From Candidatus Daviesbacteria bacterium (GTDB lineage Bacteria > Patescibacteriota > Microgenomatia > Daviesbacterales > UBA10151), in NCBI GenBank assembly GCA_016186955.1, contig JACPKP010000003.1, positions 2,290-66,289 on the forward strand: a DNA stretch of 64,000 nt, read 5' to 3'. How positions within the stretch are numbered: position 1 is the first letter of the stretch; the number at the start of each line of letters is the position of its first letter. The notes beneath the pieces are model-generated. The model worked only from the letters and a program-made list of their open reading frames with translations, searched no databases and was not told the DNA's origin. Below, in pieces: positions 8,635 to 19,900 of this stretch. A program made the position numbers and the translations under genes.

Positions 8635-9615
8635 ATGCGGATCCGCAGGTTTTCATTCCCAAGGCTGCGCCGCGGGATTGCCAGGACATTTAATGAACCA
8701 AGCTTACTGAAGCTTATTTTAAGGCTTATTTTGGCTTTTACCTTTGCACTGCCTGCTTTTATATTTTCTGAAGTCATCCCTGACCTGCCGCCTATACACC
8801 ACTCCATAATCAGAATTGTAATTACGTTATGGTTTGGTCTATTAGGATATGGTTTGTTTACAGACTTGGCCAGAATTGTTACTGTCAACACCATTGAATT
8901 GATAAACAAATTTGTATCCAGGTTAACAATTGAAGTGATGGACCAGTTTTTAAGGCTGCCGCGCCAAAATACCATTTCAGCGCCTTTCCCTTCCCAGGCC
9001 CCTTTAGGCGGGGTTTCAGTCAACCAGCCGTTGATTTTAGACACTTCAGCAATAATTGACGGTAGGATACTTGATATAGCAAAGAGCGGGTTTTTATATG
9101 GTATGATCCTGTTACCCACCTTTGTATTATCCGAACTACAGCAGGTGGCAGACAGCGCTGATTATTTAAAAAGAAGCAGGGGGAGAAGAGGGTTTGAAAT
9201 TATTGAAGACTTAAAGAAAGTCAAAGGTATCAGGATTGAAGCCTGGGATAAAGAGCCAAGTTACAGCAAGGGAGGGGTTGACGATAAGCTGTTAAAACTT
9301 GCCAAAAGCCTGCATGGCAAGATTATCACGACAGATTATAATTTGAACAGGGTGGCAACTGTGGCTAATGTGCCTGTTTTAAATGTAAACGACCTGGCCA
9401 ATGCAGTAAAAACCCTTTGTATACCAGGGGAAAAGCTGAGTGTTAAGGTAGTCCATGTCGGCAAAGACCCAAAACAGGGGGTAGGGTATTTGCCTGATGG
9501 CACTATGATTGTGGTTGAAAATGGCGCTGATCTGGTTGGTATACAGATACAGACAGAAGTCAGTAGAGTGATACAGGTCCCGGCAGGCAGGATGATCTTT
9601 ACTAAGAAAGTGTAA
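8635..9615 (+). CDS. PIN/TRAM domain membrane protein (YacL-like)
   Basis: ILDTSAIIDGRI PIN motif and QGVGYLPDGTMIVVE TRAM motif; lies downstream of radA, as YacL does in Firmicutes. Confidence 0.9.
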   Translation: MRIRRFSFPRLRRGIARTFNEPSLLKLILRLILAFTFALPAFIFSEVIPDLPPIHHSIIRIVITLWFGLLGYGLFTDLARIVTVNTIELINKFVSRLTIEVMDQFLRLPRQNTISAPFPSQAPLGGVSVNQPLILDTSAIIDGRILDIAKSGFLYGMILLPTFVLSELQQVADSADYLKRSRGRRGFEIIEDLKKVKGIRIEAWDKEPSYSKGGVDDKLLKLAKSLHGKIITTDYNLNRVATVANVPVLNVNDLANAVKTLCIPGEKLSVKVVHVGKDPKQGVGYLPDGTMIVVENGADLVGIQIQTEVSRVIQVPAGRMIFTKKV

Positions 9616-9714
9616 TTGCATTTTGATTTTGTTTGTGCTATATTCCAACAGACTATAACTTCCTGCTGCTGTCTAATTCAAACTGCTACAAAAACTGTCC
9701 GGAAAGGTATATAC

Positions 9715-9801
9715 ATGCTTTTATACTGGGGGATTTTTACTGCAGGATTATATATTGGTATGATACTTTTTTTTATAATTTTTTCAGATAAGGAAGAGTA
9801 G
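9715..9801 (+). CDS. Putative 28-aa single-TM small protein
   Basis: MLLYWGIFTAGLYIGMILFFIIFSDKEE, preceded by an SD-like GAAAGG. Confidence 0.4.
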   Translation: MLLYWGIFTAGLYIGMILFFIIFSDKEE

Positions 9802-9806
9802 TACAA

Positions 9807-9990
9807 GCTATTTCAAAACGTCATCGCGAGCGACCGAAGAGAGCGTAGCGATCTTATTGTCTAAACGCAATACCACAACCGTTGAGGTTGTGGATGAAGT
9901 TTTTACGAGCAAAGCGAGTACTCCTTAATTAGATTGCTACGTCGCTCGCTTTGCTCGCTCCTCGCAATGACATCGGGTTTTGGAATAGTC
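9807..9990. mobile_element. Composite MITE-like palindromic element
   Basis: Outer imperfect IR GCTATTTCAAAAC / GTTTTGGAATAGT. Inner GTCATCGCGAG...GCGATC / GATTGC...CTCGCAATGAC palindrome. Central hairpin CCACAACC-GTTGA-GGTTGTGG. Confidence 0.65.
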
Positions 9991-10011
9991 TCTAGTCAGT
10001 AGTCTGATAGC

Positions 10012-10317
10012 TTAGATTAACTGTTTTAGTTCAAAGTCAGGGAAGAGGAGCCTTTTTAGGTCCAACTGATGCTTTTGTCCTATTTGCAGGGCTTCCAGGA
10101 CTGTTTTTACGCCTTGCAGGTTAATGCCCCGCTCATGGGTTAGAAATTTTACAAACTGCAGCTCTTCCAGGTTTTTGATAGAGTACATCCTCCTGTTTGT
10201 CCCTGTCCGAAATGGCTTAAGGAAACCCTCATTTTCATAAAGCATCAGGGTCCTCGGATGCAGTTTTAATAAACTTGAGGCTACAGAGATTGTTAAGATA
10301 GGTTCTTCTGTGCGCAT
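10012..10317 (-). CDS. MerR-family (HspR-like) transcriptional regulator
   Basis: TISVASSLLKLHPRTLMLYENEGFLKPFRTGTNRRMYS...GINLQGV. Confidence 0.88.
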   Translation of the reverse strand: MRTEEPILTISVASSLLKLHPRTLMLYENEGFLKPFRTGTNRRMYSIKNLEELQFVKFLTHERGINLQGVKTVLEALQIGQKHQLDLKRLLFPDFELKQLI

Positions 10318-10903
10318 TGTAAAAAATCAATAAACTATTTTGATAAAAAGATTATACCACTATTATCAATACCTTAAAAACCATTATTTTTCTGTCAGCC
10401 AATTTTATGTAATAATTTTATATATTCTCAAGGCAAAAACTTCAATCCCCAAAAAGATTTATCAACCGTTTTAAACAGTAAAATATATATTACCATAACA
10501 GCTGGAAACAAGACTGTCAATTAGTAAGTTAAGCAATAGCCAAACCGAATGCTTTTGGCTTATTTTTTTAAGCGGTTTTTACTGAAAATAGGCTTGTGAA
10601 AAGCATGAAAATGGTTTCAGTCTTTTAGTTTATGTATATAACCCTGAGTTTATATACTTTTTTGGCTGGAAATAAAATTATAAAGATAACAAACAGGGTA
10701 ATAAGTTAGCACAAAAAACAGGATCAAAACAGATCAGTAAATAAAATTGTTATTAAAAAATCTTTATTATTATAAGACCTTTTTTGTATAATCAGTTATA
10801 TCCTATATTTTTTTAAAAAAAATTAGCCTCAAATTAGCCTCAAAACCTCAAATTTACCTTAAAGCTGATACTTTATTCAAAAAAGGATCTATAAAAAAGA
10901 CTA

Positions 10904-10933
10904 TTGACCTCTGTACCCACTTGGTGTTAACAT
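10904..10933 (+). promoter_or_regulatory. Putative promoter of the giant gene, TTGACC-18bp-TAACAT
   Basis: Lies at the end of a 655-bp AT-rich intergenic region divergent from the MerR gene. A short tandem repeat AAATTAGCCTC x2 is at about 10820-10841. Confidence 0.45.
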
Positions 10934-10972
10934 GGAAAATGAAGCTAAAATATACTCAGAAGTGTTTACAAA

Positions 10973-13900
10973 ATGTCTGCCAAATTAACTGCCAAGGAGC
11001 GCACAAAAGTTATTAAAAGGGCCCTGAAGGGGGAAAACATCTCCGGGCTTTGCAGGGAATATAAAATCTCCCGCACCCTGCTTTACCGTTGGATCAACCG
11101 CTGCAAGCTTGCACAAAAAAAACGTGAGGAAAGACAACTTAGGCCCCAGGACAGGCAGGAGATGATTGAAAGGGTCAAACTGGGGGAGAATGTTGCAAAA
11201 GTTTGCTCTTTATATAATGTATCAAGGACTGCCTTTTATAAGTGGCTGGAAAGGTATGAGCAGGCGCCTGAGGGTCATAAACTTGAAGCTTTATGGGATA
11301 AACAACCCAAAGTAGAACGGTATTTTAATCAAGCTTCAGAGGAATATGAAGAAGCAGTCCTGTCTGCAGTCCGGGAGTATCCAGAGCTTTCATCCCACAA
11401 ACTGGTTTGGGCTTTGCCCCAGGTTGGCGGTAAACCTATATTATCCAACCATGGCGTCCAAAATGTCCTGAAAAGGCATAGCTTAAATACTTATGGACTA
11501 CGCTTGGCATATTCAAAAGCCTACTACAAACCAACCGCACTCTCGCGTTTTTTTGCTTTCATCCAATCTGTTTTGGCAGCCGTTACTGCCCAGCCGGCCC
11601 AAAGAAGGAATGTCCTGGTGCGGGGCAGCTTTGTTTTTGCCCTGACAATCTTTTCCCTGGTTACGGTTTACGGATTATTCTCGCTCTCCAGATTGGTTTT
11701 GGGGGCGGGTGGTGTGGCACTTTCGTTAGGCTTAATACTTTCCCTGATAGCCTTGGGTTTTGGCATGTTTTTCTTCCTCTATTCGCTTAAATACTACATT
11801 ACTATAGCAATGGTGCTGTCATTTTCCAGGAGAAGCGATGAAGAAAATCTCAAATCTCAAAACTCAAATCTAAAATCTGCATCTCAAATCTTAAATCCTA
11901 ATCATCAAAGAAAGTCATTTCTGCAAAACATTCAAGGTACAGGCCGGGATGATGTTATCAAATATCAGGGCGGGTTGGGGCTTAAAGCAGATTTATCAGG
12001 TGTAATTTTAGACAGGCAGCCTTTTGTCTCCATCCACTTGGCTACATATAATGAAAAAAGGGTTTTGGAAAGGTTGCTGACAGCAGCAACCGCCCAGGAA
12101 TATGAAAACTACGAAGTAGTCATAGTTGATGATTCAACAGAACAAGAAAGCATAGATATTTTAAATAAATGGAAAAAACACCCCAGGGTTAAAGTCATCC
12201 ACAGGGAGAGCAGGGAAGGGTACAAGGGGGGGGCGCTCAGGGAAGCTTTAAAAATTAGCAGCCCGCGCACGGAGTTTGTCCTGGTATTTGATGCTGATTT
12301 TATACCATACCCGGATACAATTACCTCATTTTTGAAGTACTTCAAGCTCACAGTTGGGAACCTGGAAACAAAACATTCAACCTCTAATGTCGCTGCAGTG
12401 CAGGGCTACCAGTGGCATGTGCTCAATAAATCAGAAAACTGGATTACCAGAGGGGTAAAAAGCGAATATTCCGGTTCTTATGTCATCGAAAGGTCAGGTG
12501 AGGAGCTGTATTCAGGGTTAAAACAGATTGCAGGCTCGGTATATATGATCAGGGCGGATGTGTTAAAGGAATTGGGTTGGGGGACATCAATTACTGAGGA
12601 TTTCCAGCTGACATTAAGGCTTTATGAAAGGGGATATAAGGTAGTCTTTACCCCATACATACAGGCCCCGGCAGAGGCAGTCTCCACCATCAAAAGGCTA
12701 ATCCGCCAGAGGATGAGGTGGGCAGAGGGACATTCACATAACATCAAAAAGATGCTGATCCCGCTGCTAACCTCAAAAAACCTGACTTGGGCTGAGAAAT
12801 TTGAGGTTTTATACTTGACCCCATATTACCTGCAGGCAGCTTTTTTCATCTTCGGTACCCTGTGCTGGTTTCTGGCTGAGGTGGTTTTCAGGGTCACATT
12901 GCCATTTTGGACTTCCACCTGGGGTTGGTCCCTGGTTTTGACCAACCTGTTTGCCCTGCCCCTAATGAACCTGGTGGGGCTGTTTTTGGAAGAGAGTAAT
13001 GAAAAAGACTACCTGGGGCTGCCTGCCTTTATGGCCCTCTCTTATGTGGTTGCGCCTTTCCAGGGCTATGCAGCCATCAAAGGGTTTTTGGAAAAAGAGG
13101 AAGGGCCATGGTTTAGGACCCCCAAAACAGGCAGGATTACAGATGTCTTTACCCCGGGAAAGTTGTACAAGTTTGTATTTGGCTGGTTGGGTAAAACAGT
13201 CAAACATTCTGCCAATCCCGCCATAGGCCAGATCAACAGGATGTATTCCCAGGAGCAGCTGGCCGAGTTTGCTGCCATGTCGGAAGATAATGTCACCCTG
13301 AGTGAAACGAAGGGTATAAATATATCCTTCGCTAACGCTCAGGATGACAGGGGAAGAATATATCAAACCCAACCAAATGTGGTTGTCCTGGCTATATCAA
13401 AGGCAGTCAGCAAATTAACCGTAAACCAATTTTCAATTTTTATTTTTCAATTTTTAATGAATTTTCAATGGTTCAAAAGATTAAATTCAAAATTAAAAAA
13501 GATTGCCGCGTCGCTCGCTTTGCTCGCGCCTCGCAATGACGGAGGGAGGAGTCCTCATCTGGCTGTTTCCTCCTCCTTTAACACCTTTAATTACTTTAAA
13601 TCCCTTAACAGCCTTAACCACCCTGTCCCTGCTCCCAACAGGCTGGTGGGAAAAATAATCCTGGCCTCTTTTGTTATTGTGTTTATCCTGTTAAACCAGG
13701 CAGCGCTGTTTAACCAATACACTGTAGATTTGCGCCATATGAGTATCAAGGCAAAAGAAGGGGGCCCAATCTCCAGGAAACTGGCTGCCGGCGCACCCCT
13801 GCCCATAGACCCCACGATTGAACAGCAGATTAATATCACCACCCAGGAATATTCCACCCAAAGCATAACAGATATGCCCACAGATAACTCCTTAGGCCTG

Positions 13901-16900
13901 GTGCGCTACACTGCAGCCTCATATACCTCACCCACCACTTATTTTGAGGCAGTCATCAAAAACTCCAACTCCTCAACCACCACTGCTTCCTTGTATGATT
14001 CAACAGGGGCTTATGTGGCAGGCTCAGCTGTCACAGCCACAGGAGCAACATATACCAGGGTCAGGAGCGCTGCAATTACCCTGACCACAGGTACTGATTA
14101 TACTGTCAGACTTAGGTCCTCGCCGGGAAACGGCGCCATATCTTCAGGCACAGCCTCAATCATCGCAGCCAGGATTATAGTGGTCCAGGCCACTGATTCC
14201 AATATTACCAACACCGAGACCCAGGTAGAGGTGGGGGATAATGAGACTACCAGCAAAGTAGACCTAACCCCGCTTTCAAACCCCAAGTATTTTAAGTTTG
14301 ACCCCACCAAATATGATGCAGGCTCTATCACAGCATATTTTGAGGCAACTTTAAAGGCAAGTAATAATACACCCGCTGCTACCTCTACCGGCCCCAATAG
14401 TCCATCTTCCTGCGCTGATGACGGGGCAGTTGGGACACTCACTTGGACTAATGATTCAAATGCTACTGCCCAGGACGACCAGACTGCCGTAATGCAAGGT
14501 ACGGATAATGGAACATCAGAATATGAGGAGTGTGTAGGTTTTAGTTTCAACCTGGCACCAACGGACACAGTAGCTGGGGTGCTTTTGGAGGCGGATATCT
14601 ATTCAAGCGGGACATCAACGCGGCCGATCATTGATAATTCTGTCAAATTGTCTCAGGCAGGCACAATTACCGGCAATGATCAGGCTACAACAGACGCCTG
14701 GCCTACCTCAGATACTGACACCTACACCTCATGGGGTTCATCAAGTAACCTTTGGGGGGTAAGCTGGACACCTGCCGATATCAATGACCCAAACTTTGGG
14801 GCAGGTATCTCAGCCCGCAAGACTACTACCGCAGGGAATCCCGGAACCGGCAAAATTGACCATGTCAGGATGACAGTTTATTATACCCCTGCTGCCGCTG
14901 CACAAACAGCCACAGCGGAACTTTACAACAGGACAGACGGCCTGGCTGTAACAGAATCATCAGTTTCCACATCAAACCTTACCTGGACAAGGGCACGTTC
15001 ATCAGCCCTTTCCACCAATTGGGATACCACCAATGCTGATGAGTATGAGGTCAGGGTAAAAACATCAGACACAACAGCCAATGCCTCCATAGCCAATGCC
15101 AAGGTAGTATTGGTGCAAAATGTGGCCGGGGGGATTGGCAATGTAGAACTATACCATAACTATATCAATGCCCCAGAGAGTCAAAACAGCGCATCGGTTG
15201 GTACATTTAGCACTACCAACCAGGGGCAGATACCGTTAGTAAGGATGCAGGGGAGCTCTGTTATAAACACCATTGGTTCTTCCACCTACGTTTATGTTTT
15301 AGGCGGTTGTAATGCAGCTTGCTCCAGCACCACAGACACGTCCACAGTTTATAAATCAACTATCAATAATGTAACCGGGGATGCCGGTGTGTTCAGCACT
15401 ACTTCCCAGGGCCAGTTGGTTACAGAAAATAGTGATAATGCGGTTGTTACATCATCCTTGGGCGGGACTACATATATATATGAAATCGGGGGGGATAACG
15501 GGGCGAGGAAATCTACCGTATACAAAGCAAGTATCAACTCATCAGGTGATATTGGAACTTTTGCTACCACCAGCCAGGGCCAGATGCCAGCGATATTGGG
15601 TTCTATATCATCAAACAGTATAACAGTAGGTCCTTCCTCATATATTTATATATTGGGGGGTGCGCCTGCAACCGGCCAGTCTTCCACTGTCTATAAATCC
15701 ACCCTAAACTCCTCAAATGGTGATGCAGGCGCTTTTGCCACCACCTCCCAGCAACAGTTGCCTATAAAAGTTAGGGACCACACGTCGGTTTCTACAACCG
15801 TCGGCCCATCTACATATATTTATGTGGTTGGCGGGGAAAGCGCTGCTTTCAGTAGCGCGGTTTACAAATCCACAATTGACAGCTCGGGGGATGTCAGCGC
15901 TGTTTTTGCCACCACCTCCCAGGGGCAGTTACCGCAAATAAGCAGCCAACATTATGCAGTCCTTACTGCAGTTGGCCAATCAACTTATTTATATACTATG
16001 GGAGGAAGCCCGGATGGCGGGACTACGGTTGTCTCCACTGTCTATAAATCCACCCTTGACAGCGCCACAGGTGATCTGTCAACTTTTAGCACCACTAACC
16101 AGCAACAACTGGTTCCGCTTACTTTTGGTCTGTCAGCTAATGCTGCGTTGGTAGGCCCCTCCACCTACCTGTATGTTTTAGGGGGGTACAACGGCAGTAG
16201 TGCTCTATCTACTGTCTACAAAGCCCCCCTCTCCAATGATTTTGACTCTTTTGGCTATAACAACCTGTACAATTCTAATGACTGGATAGGGGGGACATTT
16301 ACTTTTTACCAGGAATCAACCCTAAAACAGACTCAGGCAGGCGTGACAGCCAACTCCAGGCTTACCCCGGGGGGGATTGGCAATGTCTCATCAACCCTGA
16401 TGCCCAACGCTGCAAATGGCAATTTCGGGGTTTTTGCCACCACTTCCCAGGGACAGGTGCCAGAAATTAACTCCAACTTATCCAGCAGTACAGCGATGGT
16501 TAACGGGTCAACATATATTTATGTTTTAGGCGGTAATAATGACAGTGCAAACCAATCCACAGTATATAAGTCCACTGTCAATTCTACAACAGGTGATGCA
16601 GGCGCTTTTGCCACTACCTCCCAGGGACAGCTGCCCCAAATCTTGGAAGGTTTACAGACGCGTTCTTTGGCAGTGGGCAGCTCCACTTATATATATACCC
16701 TGGGTGGGTACACAGGGACAGCATATAAATCTACTGTCTATAAATCCACGCTGAAAGCAGCATCAGATAGCACCAATGGTGATGCAGGCGCTTTTGCCAC
16801 CACCTCCCAGGCCCAGTTGCCGCTTACCAATGGCAACTTTGGCAGCACAATCCTGACTTCAGGCGCCTCAACCTATATTTATGTTATAGGCGGTGCCAGT

Positions 16901-19900
16901 ACCGCCTCCGTTTCTTACAGCACTAATTACAAAGCGCTAATAGACCCTACAACCGGTGATATAGGCGCTTTTGCCACCACTTCCCAGGCCCAGTTGCCGG
17001 CAGCAGGACAAAGGCTTGGCGTAACCTCAGCTGTGATCGGGCCGTCTTCTTATTTATACGTAGGGGGGGGTTGCAGCGGTTGCGGCACCCCTGTGTCAAC
17101 TTTTTATAAAGCCACCATCGACCCTACAACCGGTGATATCGGGACATTAGCTACCACTAACCAAGCGCAGCTGCCTACTGCATTGCGCCAGTTCAATATT
17201 ACATCCACCATTGTCGGCCCTTCTACCTACCTGTATGTTTTCGGGGGCTGCACAGGTGGCGTAAGCTGTGGTAACCAATCCACTGTCTATAAATCCACCC
17301 TAAACTCCTCAAATGGTGATGCCGGCACATTTGCCACCACCTCCCAGGGGCAGCTGGCCCAGCCTCTGATTTGGGTTGGCGGGTCAGGGGCAATAGCTTC
17401 AGCCGGGCCGTCAACTTATTTATATGTATTGGGCGGGCTAAATACATCAAGCGTTTCTATATCCACTGTCTATAAATCAGCCCTGCAGCAAAACCCTTAT
17501 GAACGCCAGCGCTCAGGGGATATCACAAGCTATCTTAATGGGTCACTTGCAGCCAATGCCGGCACATTTGACACCACCAACCAGGCCCAGCTGCCAAAAA
17601 TGTTTCGTCAGCATTCAGCAGTTTCAACGCAGATAGGTAACTCAACATATGTTTATGTGTTGGGTGCATTTACGGATCTTTCTAGTGTATTATCCACAGC
17701 CTACAAATCAACTCTGGATAATAATACTGGTAACCTTAGCCTTTTTAATACAAGTAATCAAGCACAATTATTACAAGCTTTCAGGTTGGCAGCAACCACT
17801 TCTTTGTCAGTTGGTGTATCAACCTATGTTTATGTTCTAGGAGGTTTTACATCCTCTGCAAATATATCAACAGTATATAAAAGTACTATCAATAGCGCCA
17901 CGGGGGATTTGGGAACATTTGATACTACTTCCCAAGGACAAGTCCCACAGGCATTGCGGTCACACACCATAAATAGCGCCCAAATAGGCGTCTCAACATA
18001 TATATATGTTTTGGGAGGAGTTAATACAGGAGGAAGTGATATTTCAACAATTTACACCTCTACGGTCAATAGCGCCACGGGGGATTTGGGAACATTTGAT
18101 ACTACTTCCCAGGCACAGTTACCTAGGGTTGGATCAAGCTTTGCCTCAATTACACAGTCAGTTGGCCCATCAACATATCTTTATGTAATTGGAATACAGG
18201 GCAATACTTCTGTCTATAGGTCCGTAATTAACAGTACTTCAGGTTATTTAGGGGTGTTTGATACAACATCTCAAGGTCAGTTAGTGCAAAATACCACTCA
18301 ACATAGTGCAATTGCAACTGTTTTAGGGCCATCAACTTATATTTATGTATTGGGAGGAAGCAGTATGTCGACAATATACAGAGCAGCGTTAAATTCAAGC
18401 ACTGGAAATATCAACACGTTCACTACTACTTCTCAATCACAACTACTGAACATTTCCCGGGAAAATACTGCAATTATTGCGAATACCGGCCCTTCTACTT
18501 ATATATTTCAATTGGGTGGTTTTGATAATGGGAGTTCAACAACATTTTCAACAGTCTATAAATCAGTCCTCACAGAAGACCTGACCCCGGGCAATTTAAA
18601 TGTTATCCAGACCACTTACCAGGGCCAGCTTCCCGCTGCCCTTTCTTCCCATGCCACAGTTGTCGGGCGGGACCAGGGCGTAAATTATATCTATCAGCTG
18701 GGGGATAACCCCGCATCAACTGTCTATAAATCTGCCATAGATGCCAATGGTTACGCCGGCACCTTTGCCACTACCAACCAGGCCCAGCTTACCCAAACCT
18801 TGAAAAACCTCCAGGCAGTCTCTGCCAGTTATGGCGGCACTACCTATATCTATACCATAGGCGGGGACAACGGCAGCGCCATTACCTCAACAGTCTACCG
18901 GGCCAATTCAAATGGCACCAGCGGGAATTTAACTGTAGCTTTTGCAACAACCAGCCAGGCCCAACTGCCCCAGGGCCTGCAAAACCACCAGGCTGTGATA
19001 GGTGCAACCTCAGGTGACAACTATATTTATGCTTTGGGGGGGTGCAACTTAACTGGTTTTTGTGCTGCATCCAGCACCCAATCCACTGTTTATAAAGCAA
19101 ATATTAAAGTCTCTGCAGATGCCCAAACCTTTGCCACTACCAGCCAGAAACAACTGCTTAAAATTAGTGAGGCGCCTGCTTCTGTTACTGCCACAATGGG
19201 GTCTTCCACATACGTTTATGTATTGGGAGGATATGATCAGGGCGGTGTTATAAACTCTACTGTCTACAAAACAACCCTCAATTCCACAACCGGTGATGCA
19301 GGCGCTTTTGCCACTACCAGCCAGGGGCAATTAGTCGTTGGTTTACAGTACCAATCAGCTTTGGTTTCAACAATTGGCTCCTCCACCTACCTTTATGTTT
19401 TAGGGGGGTATAATGGATCTGATCTCTCCACTGTCTATAAAACAACCCTAAATTCCACAACAGGTGATATAGGCGCTTTTGCCACTACCAACCAGGGACA
19501 ATTAGTGCAAATTAATGAGTCGCACGCCTCTGTTACTACCGCAGTAGGCCCCTCAACCTATGTTTATGTATTGGGGGGAACCAGTGATGGTGGCACAACT
19601 ATCTTCTCCACAGTCTATAAATCCACCATAAATTCCACAACAGGGGATATAGGCGCTTTTGCCACTACCAGCCAGCAACAGCTGCCGGCGCTGAGAGAGA
19701 AACTTGCTTCTTTTGTAGCCGCAATGGGCCCCTCAACTTATGTTTATGTACTGGGAGGGGCTGAAGCCAGCGTCAAATCCACAAACTATAAGGCTACTTT
19801 AAATGCCTCAGGGGATATAGGCGCTTTTGCCACTACCAGCCAGGGACAGTTGCCAAATATTATATATATGCATAGCGCGATCACTTCAACTATTGGTTCT

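Noticed and set aside
8997-9018. GCCCCTTTAGGCGGGG resembling an IS605 end inside the PIN/TRAM gene
   Set aside because: Very short and compatible with ordinary coding sequence.
10973-11520. Intact IS481 insertion sequence
   Set aside because: No DDE integrase core or second end; the frame continues into TM and GT2 domains.
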